From Malacoraja senta (taxonomy: Eukaryota), in contig JAXLNO010000200.1 in the NCBI GenBank assembly GCA_038087875.1, positions 62,001-120,414 of the forward strand: a stretch of 58,414 bases of DNA, in the 5' to 3' direction. Positions 12,755 to 23,925 of the stretch are shown piece by piece (the stretch's first letter is position 1; each line of letters begins with the position of its first letter). The position numbers and the translations under genes were made by a program. The notes under the pieces are model-generated. The model was given only the letters and a program-made list of their open reading frames with translations. It made no database searches and was not told the origin of the DNA.

Positions 12755-12900
12755 CCAAGAAATACTTAGATAGGTACATGGATGGGACAGGTTTAGAGGA
12801 ATATGAGCCAAACACAGGCAGGTGGGACTAGTGTAGATGGGACATGTTGGCCAGAGTGAAAAGTTGGCCGAAGGGCCTGTTTCTACACTGTAAGACTCTA
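12755..12900 (+). mobile_element. CR1 3' tail fragment (older family)
   Basis: KKYLDRYMD and the tail gaagggcctgtttc match 43640-43795. Confidence 0.6.
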
Positions 12901-13084
12901 TCTTCTTGTACTATTGTTAAATCCCTAAATTGTTATTGAAACACTATTTTTAACAGAGTTGCATATGTCTGAAACAGTAATAAAAGTAATGTGAAATAGT
13001 AATCCATATACAAGTCTTTGTGTATTACTGCTTTCCACCTTTCACCATTTGGAATCACTATTCTTTATTCCTATTCCCCAAAAG

Positions 13085-15625
13085 GACATTCTCCAGTTTC
13101 TATCATCCACCAACATGTCTCCGGCTGCACCAGAGAACCAAACACCCTCGACCACCCCTCGATCAAGGATGCCTATCGCTCTATCCCTCGCCCTCACCGG
13201 AAAATCCTGCATCTTCCTGCCTACAGGCAGCAATTAAAGAGCGCACCCCCAGAGGTGAGGACTGTTCAGAGCTGGTCGGGTAGACTGGGCAATGTTCAGG
13301 GACTCGGCAATGGACCTGAACGAATACGCCAGTCATTACAGACTTCATAAAGAAATGTGTGGAGGGCTGCATCCCAACAAAAACCTTCCAAGTGTTTCCC
13401 AATCAGAAGCCTTGTATGAACTTTGAGATCCGCACTCTTCTGAAGTCCAGACACCGGATATTCATGTCTGAAGATACCGAGGACTACAAGAAGACAAGAT
13501 ACTACCTTAGTAAGGCCATTAAAAAGGCCAAAAGGAACTTCTGCTCCAAGCTGGAGGATGAGACGAATGTTCGGCAGCTGTGGCGGGGCCTGAATGCAAT
13601 CAACTCCTACAAGGCAAAATCAGGAGGCAGCTCACATGTCAGTGAAACTTCACTCCCTGACGAGCTCAATGCGTTTTACGCACGCTTTGATAGGGAGAAC
13701 ATTGATGTGCCTTCTCGAGCCCCCATTCGCTGTGATGGTATTTCGGTCACGGTCACAGAGTTCGACGTCAGAAAATCCTTCAGAGGAGTGAATCCCCGGA
13801 AAGCACCTGGACCTGATGGTATACCCGGTCGTGTTCTAAAAACCTGTACGGACCAACTGGCTGGAGTTCTTACGGACATTTTCAACCTCTCACTACTGAG
13901 GTCTGAGGTTCCCACCTGCTTTAAAAGGGCATCAATTATACCGGTGCCCAAGAAGAGCAAGGTGACGTGCCTCAATGACTATTGACCAGTGGAATTAACG
14001 TCGGTGGTGATGAAGTGCTTTGAGAGGTTGATCATGGCGCAAATCAACTCATATCTCGAGAAAAACCTGGAACCACTGCAGTTTGCTTAACGCCACAACA
14101 GATCAATGGTGGATGCGATCTCGCTGACTCTCCACTCCGCTCGGGACAACTTGGACAACATAAACTCATATGTCAGGCTGTTATTCATTGACTACAGCTC
14201 GGCATTTAAAACAATCATCCCCTCCAAGCTGGTTACCAAACTCTCAGAACTGGGTCCCTGCACGTCCCTCTGCAATTGGATCCTCGACTTCCTCATTCAC
14301 AGACCACAGTCTGTCGGTATTGGTGTAAATGTGTCAGCCTCGATAACAATCAGCACGGGAGCACCTCAAGGCTGCGTGCTCAGCCCCCTGCTGTACTCAA
14401 TCTATACTCATGACTGCGTAGCCGGTTATAGTGCGAACTCCATCATCAAGTTCGATGACGACACCACTGTTGTGGGACGTATCACTGATGGAGATGAGTC
14501 AGAGTACAGAAGTGAGATCAACTGTTTGACCAAATGATGCCAGCACAATAACCTGGTTCTCAACACCAGCAAAACTAAGGAACTGATTGTGGACTTTGGA
14601 AGGGGTAGTGTAGTGGCCATTTGGCTTGTTTTGCATGTCATTGATGATGGCATGTGCCTTTAAATTTTAAACTGCCCGTTATATTGTGGGTGGGATTTAT
14701 GACGTGTTTTTGGGCGTGTTTGGAACTAAGATGCTTGCGCAAAAGTTTAGTTTTTAGATTAGTTTGGAGCGAGTAGGGAGAAGGTTAACCCTTCGACCAT
14801 GCGAGTTGTACAGGAGATCATGCGAAATGTAACAGAGACACGAGGAGTTTTTAATGTTTAAAGCAATAAGCTGGAGTTCGATGAAGATTGCAGCAACGAG
14901 TCGGAAGAAATTTGGATGTAACTTACTGTTTTCTATCAATAATAAAGCATTTATTCATCAAAAGACTGTTTTTAAGACATCTGTGAAGAAGCTCTGAAGG
15001 TCTCTGTGAGCCAGCTCACATGCGTTTTGAAGACACCCCCCTTAACCATGCTCATCCATTTAGCAGCTAGAGAGTTAATTTCTCGAAAGATATGAAAATC
15101 TGCCGCTACAGGTAGTATGGGGACACATAGTCCCGTTTATATCAACAGGTCGATGGTGAAGAGGGTCAAGAGCTTCAAATGCCTGGGCGTGCATATCTCT
15201 GAAGATCTCTCCTGGTCCGAGAACATGGATGCAATTATAAAGAAAGCACATCAGCGCCTCTACTTCCTGAGAAGATTACGGAGAGTCGGTATGTCAAGGA
15301 GGAGGTGACAGGTCACTCATCTCACTGCTGCCTTCAGGTAGAATGTGCAGGAGCCTGAAATCTGCAACATCCAGGTTAAGGAATACCTGCTTCCCCACAG
15401 CTATATGGCTATTAAACTCAACTCAAACAAAACTCTGATAGTTAAATAGCCCATTGCACTTTATCTGTTATTTATGTGTGTATATTCATTGGTATATGGT
15501 CACACTGATCTGTTCTGTTCTGTATTTATTTATGCTTTCTATATTCTGTTGTGCTGAAGCAAAGCAAGAATTGCATTGTCCTATCTGGGACACATGACAA
15601 TAAACTCTCTTGAATCTTGAATCTT
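13085..15625 (+). mobile_element. Rex1/Babar-like LINE, degraded, interrupted by a solo LTR
   Basis: Same family as 1-1620. Stops, an internal deletion near 15307, and tail ATGACAATAAACTCTCTTGAATCTTGAA. Confidence 0.85.
14609..15110. mobile_element. solo LTR (502 bp)
   Basis: TGTAGTGGC and GCCGCTACA inverted termini, 5-bp TSD GGTAG at 14604-14608 and 15111-15115, AATAAA at 14941. Confidence 0.85.
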
Positions 15626-15867
15626 GTAACAATTGTTATTCATTTGCCCATTTGCTCTTCAATTTCTCTTGCTCCAAACTTGATGAATCCTATCTTTTTT
15701 TTTGATTTATCTTTTTCCTCAAGACAGCTTCAACTTCATTCAGTTCAGAAAAATGTCACCCAATGGGTAAGAATTTGCTACTTCAGCAAAGTTAAATTAT
15801 TCATTTATAAAGCCATGCACAAATATCAAAAAATGAAATAATGGGTATAAAGAACATTCATAGTTAC

Positions 15868-16004
15868 CTCCACGCCATTAGAAGTTGTGTTAACGCAACC
15901 AAAGTCACTAATAACCAAAGCAACTAAATAGGTGGACATCTTCACGGAGGTGTTAAATGTTGTAACTTTCCATATACCATTCTTTTCCAGTCTTTCAGAA
16001 AAAT
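15868..16004 (-). CDS. LVRN: M1 aminopeptidase (LVRN-like), internal coding exon, probably exon 3
   Basis: 137-nt exon with acceptor aattttttAG and donor GTaact. It continues phase 1 from the previous exon: (H)FSERLEKNGIWKVTTFNTSVKMSTYLVALVISDFGCVNTTSNGVE, containing the M1 MSTYLVA motif. Not in the ORF track. Confidence 0.85.
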
Positions 16005-16894
16005 CTAAAAAATTAAAACATTCAGCTTAAATAGTTGCCTATTGCTTTTGTAACAGTACAAATGTTGGCATTATACTGACTCATCTGTTACTACTCAGGG
16101 ATTTATTTCGCTGCTGAGATTTTGGCAGGGATCTGTCAGGCTTACTCTTGGTGCTTTTTGATCCTCTGAAATATTGTTCTATTGTTTAATCCAAAGCAGA
16201 TCTAAACTGGTGGTAAGTGGGCCTCCATCACATCACTGAACATGAGCTGACACACAATGAATATTTCTGCAAGGTTCTGGGCAGACTGCTATATTCAACT
16301 TAGCAACAGTAACTGCTCTCCAATATGAGTCATGACATTATTACTTTTGAAAATCAATGGAGAAAACTGCTCAAACATGATAGTTACAAGGCCTTACATA
16401 ATTTAATTGTGACTCTAAAACACATTTTCAAACTCATTCTAGGTTTCAATGTTATTATTATGCGGGTATTGATTTATTGGCATCTTATTACATATTAATT
16501 ATGAATTGTGTTTTCACAGGCCTATTTTGCGGCTGCATGTAAGAATTTCATTGTTCCGTTTTCAGTGCATATGACAATTAAGCACTCGAGACATTGTTGA
16601 ACAACTGTTCTGCTTTCTATTCTGCTTTACTGGCCCATCATTAGTTCATTTCCCTTTCCTTGATGCTCTACGTGGAACATTCAGCAATTTCCTCCCCATT
16701 TGTCGAGGAGCTACTTTGGTCAGAAGGGATTAAACTCCCAACACTGTAGGCAGCCTGTTGGAACATCGTTATATCTATCATGCACAGCCCATATCCCACC
16801 ATTTGCCATGCAGTTCCAAGTCCCTCAGCTGGCCAAGCAGGTGGGAAGCTTCTTGTGGCTACGATTTCAATGAGAAAATGTGGAGGGAGTTGAA

Positions 16895-19860
16895 ATTATT
16901 ATTAAATTTTATTTCAGACTCAACGTCCAGACAAGAGATGACATTACATAAAATACATTGCATATAAAAACACCATAAAATACATATAAAAGCTTAGTAA
17001 ATTACTTATAAGAGCATCATAAATTATATACAAAAACACAATACATGATTTAAAATCCAGAATAAAAAGAAAGATCAGTGTCCTACAAAGGCACAACTAA
17101 CTTTACCAATGTCTCCACAACTGGGATTGATAGCGTGTAGTGCGAAACCTTATGTTTGATAAGACCATGATAATTACATTTTCAGAGTCATTAATCCTAC
17201 ATATAAATGTACACAGGATAGCTTCTAAAGTATTGACTCCTGCAGCCACAAACATTTCACTAGTACTACACCATCTAGGTTTCCTACTAGCCCTGTCCCA
17301 CGGTACGAGTTCATTCCAAGAGCTCTCCCGAGTTTAAAAAAAATCAAACCCGTGGTAAGCACGGAGAATGACGTAGCGGGTACGTCGGAGCTCGGGGACG
17401 TCTCTTAGCGGCTCGTAACGCTAACGGCAGGTACTCGGGAAGACTCGCTTTTTCAACATGTTGAAAAATGTCCACGAGAGCCTCGAGTACCGACTAGTGG
17501 CCATTACCGTAAATCTCCGAGTTCGAATCAGGGCAAACTCGGGAGAGCTCTTGGAATGAACTCGTACCGTGGGACAGGGCTTTTAGCAGTGTTCTGATGG
17601 CATCATTATAGCCACCTTTAGTCTCTGTAAACTTGTCTTTCCGTAGTTTGACCACAGGTGTGCAGTATAGAGTGGTGTGCAATATGCTCTAAACAGAGAC
17701 ATCTTCACCACATCTGCACATGCATCAAACTTACATAAGAGATAATTCACCTGAGCGTACAGCATACGTCGTTGCCTATAAATATCCACATCATCTGTCA
17801 TTTGTTCTGTAATAAAATGTCCACGATATTTTACCTTATTGCAGACACTAAGATTATTGTCAGACAATATAAAATCAGGACATTTTAGACATTTATCCTC
17901 TTTGGTTCTACAGATCATAGCAGTCTTACCAGAATTATATTTGATATCATGTTCCACACCATACACAGAACATATAGTAAGGAGCTGCTGGAGACCAGTG
18001 CGAGATGGACTAAAGACCTCAAGGTCATATGCATACATAATATGGTTCACTAAGTACTACCAATCATGCACCCAGTATTACAGGCTTTCAATTGCTTGGA
18101 CAGATCATCAATATAAATATTAAAAAGGACTGAGGACAAAATGCCCCCTTGTCTAACACCATTGCTAACCCCAAATGGGGCTGAGACCCTATTGCCCCAT
18201 TTTACTTGCATAGTCTGATGGGCACACCAGTAAGCCAGAATTCTCAAAATGTGTAGGGATGGTGAGAATCAATTCAAAGCCTTTGGAAGCATCAATAAAG
18301 CACATAAGAATTGATGAGTTTTTACCTTTATATTTGTTTACAATCTCCTTTAGGGCATATATACACAACTCAGTGCCATGTTTAACTTTAAAACCAAACT
18401 GGTTATCTGTGGAGTTAACAAACTCATTTACTCTATCCAACAGAATTCTTTCTAGAACTTTTGACAATATGCTGGCTAAAGCTATGGGCCTGTAATTATT
18501 TAAGCTGCCTACTTTACCAGCTTTGTCCTTGATGACCGGCACTAATAGAACAGACAACATTGAGTCTGGTAACAAGCCATGAATCATAAAGCCAGTAAAA
18601 CAAATAGCAAGGAGAGGAGCTATCCTCATACTCGCATACTTAAGATGTTCAGCAGAAATATGATCCAAGCCACTTGCTTTTTTGTTGCACAGCTTGTTCA
18701 TGGCATAATACACCTCATGTGACATAATCACCATTGAGTCATTACTCTCAATATTGTCCACCCTATACAAATCACCTTGAATAAAGTACTATAATGTTGT
18801 CGCCATAACTCCACGATATTAGCTGTTCCTGAGATTCCATCTACAGTGCATGGTAGAGATGTTTTGCAACTGTTAAGAGCTCTCACTTCTTTCCAAAAAT
18901 CAGTAGCATTGTTACATAGCAGCTTCTTAGCCAATGAATCAGCCCTCATAGCTTGCTCATTTTTACAGATGAAGCGAACAGCATAATAGGCTAAGATGTC
19001 TTCCTTTGTGAGGGTTGACCAGTCCAGTTTTTCTATGTTAAAGCTATTTCCATCTCTGGATATCACAGTTCAACATTTATTGACATCGCAACAGGTATAT
19101 GATCAGTCATTGCTGCCCCATACAGAATACACCCCAATGAAGCATATGCTTCAGCTGTACTAATACAATGATCCAGCCATGACATAGTGTGCCAGGCCTC
19201 ACTAATATATATATAACTATCTGTAACATATTTATATAAATATAACAATATATCTTTATTATTATCTTGACAGAACTGAGCCATATGATTGGCAAACAAT
19301 GAGTTCCTATCTGAGATATCTGCATTCATATCCCTAATGACATATACACTAGAATAATTATTGTTTTGAATAAAGGAATGGCTCAAAGGGCCAAATGGCC
19401 TACTGCTGCACCTATTGTCTAGTGTCTATAATAGATAAAAAGCAAGCCTATTTAAATATTTATCCTAATTCTGATGTAATTCACATTCAGGATAACAAAT
19501 TCCTTGTCATTGTGAGCAAAGTGTATTGCAATACACCAGTCAGCATCAAGCCGAGGCACATTTATTGATGAGTCAAGCTTCTTTTTCCATAGAAAAGCCA
19601 CCCCCCTGATATCCTACCTCTGGCTATTCCCATACCAAGGTCAGTCGTAGTCTCCCCAGCCCCATGAAAGTTGTCACAGAGGGAATTGAGTTTGTCCAAG
19701 TCTTGCTTTGCTAAGAATGTCTCTTGCATACATAGTATGTCACAGTTCTCCAGAAGGTTGTCAACAACTGAGTGGTGAGCTTTATCTCCTGCGCTTCTGC
19801 TGAAACGCAGGCCACGACAGTTGTACGATAGAACCCAAATTGTCATTTAACGAGAACATT
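16895..19860 (-). mobile_element. degraded APE+RT non-LTR retrotransposon of a different clade (possibly RTE-X; uncertain)
   Basis: Colinear minus ORF pieces: VLSYNCRGL, DILCMQET, SWLDHCI and TDHIPV (endonuclease); NYRPIALAS, QFGFK, FIDASK, GVRQGGILS and YAYDL (RT). A-rich 3' tail near 16895. Confidence 0.8.
17289..17581. mobile_element. PIF/Harbinger-like MITE (~290 bp)
   Basis: About 46-bp perfect TIR GCCCTGTCCCACGGTACGAGTTCATTCCAAGAGCTCTCCCGAGTTT. It interrupts the host LINE reading frame (NDAIRTLL|RKPRW). Confidence 0.85.
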
Positions 19861-20324
19861 TTGATTATAACCAAAATACAACTCCATAAATCACGGTTGT
19901 CTAAAAATAGGATAACACCTTTTTATGGTATCTTATATAATTAGAAGTCTAAACTTGACCACTTCCTGTTTGCGCTGTATATTGATTTTAGAAAAAAAAC
20001 GCTACCACTTACGGCTGTGATTTTTGGCCATCTTACTCAGAATCCCCCTCCGCTCATCAGGTGCAGAAGATTTTTCCCTTCGATGAAAAATTAAAGAGTC
20101 ATTAGTGTTATAAAAATGTTGAGATTCTCCCTCCTGTCAATCACTGCCATGAAGGCCACGCCCCTTCTGGGGAGTGTGGGGAGGAGCTATAAACCCCGGA
20201 AGTCTGGATGTGGCTCTGTTGCTGCAAGATGGCGAGCGGGAGGTCAGGACTCTCAGTCTGAGTTGGAAATCTACAAAACACTTAGTGTCTACTGACCTGT
20301 GAGTGCCCTTTATGTGTTTTTAAA

Positions 20325-21133
20325 CTGTGCCTTTTGCAACTGTGGCTGTTGAAATGTGTGGCTATTGAAAATGTGCGGCTATTGAAAATGTGTGGTTATT
20401 GAAAATGTGTGCCTTTTGCAACTGTGCCTTTTGCAACTGTGCCTATTGAAATGTGTGGCTATTGAAATGTGTGGATATTGAAATGTGTGGCTATTGAATT
20501 GTGTGGCTATTGAATTGTGTGGCTATTGCATTGTGTGGCTATTGCATTGTGTGGCTATTGCAACTGTGTGGCAATTGCAACTGTGTGGCTATTGCAACTG
20601 TGTGGCTATTGCAACTGTGCCTTTTGCAAATGTGCCTTTTGCAACTGTGCCTTTTGCAACTGTGCCTCTTGCAACTGTGCCTCTTGCAACTGTGCCTTTT
20701 GCAACTGTGCCTTTTGCAACTGTGGTGATTAAAATGTGTGGCGATTGAAATGTGTGGCGATTGAAATGTGTGGCGATTGAAATGTGTGGCTATTGAAATG
20801 TGTGGCTATTGAAATGTGTGGCTGTTGAATTGTGTGGCTATTGAATTGTGTGGTTATTGAAATGTGTGGCTATTGCAACTGTGCCTTTTGCGACTGTGCC
20901 TTTTGCAACTGTGCCTTTTGCAACTGTGCCTTTTGCAACCGTGCCTTTTGCAACTGTGCCTTTTGCAACTGTGCCTTTTGCAACTGTGTGGCTATTGAAA
21001 TGTGTGGCTATAGAAATGTGTGGCTATAGAAATGTGTGGCTATTGAAATGTGTGGCTATTGAAATGTGTGGCTATTGAAATGTGTGGCTATTGAAATCTG
21101 TGCCTTTTGCAACTGTGCCTTTTGCAACTGTGT
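20325..21133. repeat. two interleaved 15-16 bp minisatellite units
   Basis: GCAACTGTGCCTTTT and TGAAATGTGTGGCTAT units in alternating blocks. Confidence 0.9.
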
Positions 21134-21354
21134 TTGGAAGGAATAAACACTTTATTAGGTCCGACCGTGTTTACTGCAAAATTCCCGCTCATTTAGTGAT
21201 TTTCGCTTAGTGGACAGGTCACGCTGATTGCGTCATTTCCGGTGAGTGCAGAGGTCGTGCTGAACATGGAAGTGTTGCTGACTGTGGAAGGCCCAAAGTG
21301 GAGACGCCACGCTCAGCCGTTTGAGTATTCAAAAAAGTTTACTGCCATATGTAT

Positions 21355-22384
21355 GGTGTGTGTGTGTGTGAGTGTCTTTGTGTGTGTGTGTGAGTATGTG
21401 TGTGTGAATGTATGTGTGTGTGTGTGTGTGTGTGTCTGTCTGTGCGTGTGTCTCTGTGCGTGTGTCTGTCTGTGCATGTGTTTGTTTGTGTGTCTGTCTG
21501 TGCGTGTGTCTGTCTGTGTGTGTGTCTGCCTGTGCGTGTGTCTGTCTGTGCGTGTGTCTATCTGTGTGTGTGTGTGGCTGTGTGTCTGTGTGTGAGTGCC
21601 TGTGTGTGTCTGTGCGTTTGTCCGTGCGTGTGTCTGTCTGCGTGTGTCTGTCTGTGCGTGTGTCTGTCTGTGCGTGTGTCTGTCTGTGCGTGTGTCTGTC
21701 TGTGCGTGTGTCTGTCTGTGCGTGTGTCTGTCTGTGCGTGTGTCTATCTGTGTGTGTGTGTGGCTGTGTGTCTGTGTGTGAGTGCCTGTGTGTGTCTGTG
21801 CGTTTGTCCGTGCGTGTGTCTGTCTGCGTGTGTCTGTCTGTGCGTGTGTCTGTCTGTGCGTGTGTCTGTCTGTGCGTGTGTCTGTCTGTGCGTGTGTCTG
21901 TCTGTGCGTGTTTCTGTCTGTGCGTGTGTCTGTGCGTTTGTCTGTCTGTGCGTGTCTGTCTGTGCGTGTGTCTGTGTGAGTGTCTCTGTGAGTGTCTGTG
22001 TATGTGTGAGTGTCAGTGTATGTGTCAGTGTCTGTGTGTGAGTGCCTGTGTGTGTGTGTGGGTGAGTGTCTGTGTGTGTGTGAGTGTCTGTGTGTCTGTG
22101 TGTGTAAGTGTCTGTGTGTCTGTCTGTGTGTCTGTCTGTGTGTCTGTCTGTGTGTCTGTGTGTCTGTGTCTGTGAGTGTGTGTTTGTGTGAGTGTGTGTG
22201 TGTCGGTCTGTGTGTGTAAGTGTCTATGTGAGTGTGTGAGTGTCTGTGTGAGTGTGTCTATGTGTGTGTGTATGTGTCTTTGTGTTTGTGTGTATGTGTC
22301 TGTGTGTGTGTCTGTGTGTGTGTGTGTGTGAGTGTGAGTGTGAGTGTCTGTGTGTGTGAGTGTCTGTGTGAGTGTATGTGTGTG
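21355..22384. repeat. ~1-kb compound (GT)n/(GTCT)n microsatellite
   Basis: Seen directly. Confidence 0.95.
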
Positions 22385-22580
22385 CACCCTGCTTGAACTG
22401 CTGTGAAATTGGATTTGCTGGCCTGCACTCCGCTTGGAGTGCTGTGAAGTTGGACTTGCTGCCTGCACTCTGCTTGGAGTGCTGTGACGTTGGACTTGCG
22501 GCCTGCACTCTGTTTGGAGTGCTGTGAGATTGGACTTGCGGCCTGCACTCCGCTTCAAGTGCTGCGAGATTGGATTTGCA
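22385..22580. repeat. 40-bp tandem repeat related to the 47/48-bp Helitron satellites
   Basis: Unit GCCTGCACTCTGCTTGGAGTGCTGTGAAGTTGGACTTGCG, about 5 copies. Confidence 0.85.
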
Positions 22581-23177
22581 GAATGATGAGTTTTGAGGTA
22601 AATTCTCAGATATTCTTTGTTAAAATTTGACTGCTCAATCTCTCTATATTAAAATTGTATTTTTTTTATATCAACAGCAAAGAGTCATCAAGAGGCGGAA
22701 AGGCACTAAGAGTGCATGGGGGGGGGGGTTGAGGGGAGATGGACTGAGTGCGTGGGGTGGGGGGGAGGGGAATGGCAAGGAGCAGTGTGGGGTGTGAAGG
22801 GAGGAGGGGTGCTGAGTGAACTGCCACCACACCAGCTGTGAGTGACTGACTGCGAGCCGACCAGCCATGAGTAAGTGAACTTCCAGCCCACCAGCTGTAA
22901 GTGACTGAAATGCAAGCCCACCAGCCATGACTTAGTGAACTGCCAGCCCACCAGCCATGACTCACTGAACTGCAAGTCCAAGAATCCATTCAGTCCACAA
23001 TGTCCATACTAGCCCTTTGGAAACCAGTCCCTTCAGCACACAACACCCATACTAGCACTCCAGAGATCCACGCAAGGATAGACTTTCCTTCTTGATTGCT
23101 GTGATTTGTAAAAAAAAGATGAAAATGTCTAAAATTGATTGTACACCCTCTCCCCCTTCTCTCATGGAATCATGGAA

Positions 23178-23645
23178 ACTTTATTCGGTCTGAACAAAAT
23201 TCCGTTGCCTTGCAGTCATACATATAATAAAATAACAAAACACACAATAAACACAAATTTAACATCCACCACATTGAGTTCACCAGACACCTCCTCACTG
23301 TGATGGAAGGCAAAAATCTTAAGTCTTTGTCTCTTCCCTCCTTATTCTCCCTCTGCGCGAAGGCGATCCAGGCCTCCGATATTGTGACCCCCAACGGGTG
23401 ATGGTAAGTAAGTCCCGCGGCTCAACCATGCTCCGCGAACGGGCCGGTTCAATCTCCGCGGCCCGGGGTAGTCGAAGCTGCCGCCCTCCAGTCCAGCGGA
23501 CGAAGCTGTTGCCGTGTGAGCTCTGGAAAAACAGGTCACCAACCTGTGACCTGCGAGCTCCCGATGTTGTCGTCTACTGGGCCCGCGGCCGAACCTCCGA
23601 AGTCGGGACACCACCTCAACCCCGAGGCGAGTCGCCGCCGGAAAG
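23178..23645 (-). mobile_element. GC-rich non-tRNA retroposon family, 5'-truncated copy
   Basis: Shares CTCCTCACTGTGATGGAAGGCAAAA and the 3' region with 36235-37091 and 39807-40666. Confidence 0.7.
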
Positions 23646-23689
23646 CCAGAATTTCGGCAGAATTTCTGGCAGTTTCTCAGCTGCCAGCC

Positions 23690-23925
23690 TGCCAGACCTG
23701 AGTTACTGAGCTGTCAGCCTGCCATGCCTGAGTGACTGAGCTGCCAGGCCTGAGTGACTGAAGTGCCTGGCCTGAATGACGGAGCTGCCTGGCCTGAGTG
23801 ACTGAGCTGCCTGGCCTGAGTGACTGAGCTGCCTGGCCCGAGTGACTGAGCTGCCTGGCCTGAGTGACTGAGCTGCCTGGCCTCAGTGATTGAGCTGGCA
23901 AACCTGAGTGACTGAGCTGCCAGCC
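23690..23925. repeat. 20-bp tandem repeat in the Helitron 3' module
   Basis: GAGTGACTGAGCTGCCTGGCCT-type units; related units at 41855-42105 and 51690-51760. Confidence 0.85.

Noticed and set aside
12338..12831. Ser/Leu/Pro-rich and Arg/Glu-rich ORFs (also 57817-58407)
   Set aside because: They are translations of CT/GA microsatellites.
20485..22558. Cys/Val-rich and His/Thr-rich ORFs (metallothionein- or keratin-associated-like)
   Set aside because: They are translations of minisatellite and (GT)n DNA, open in several frames.
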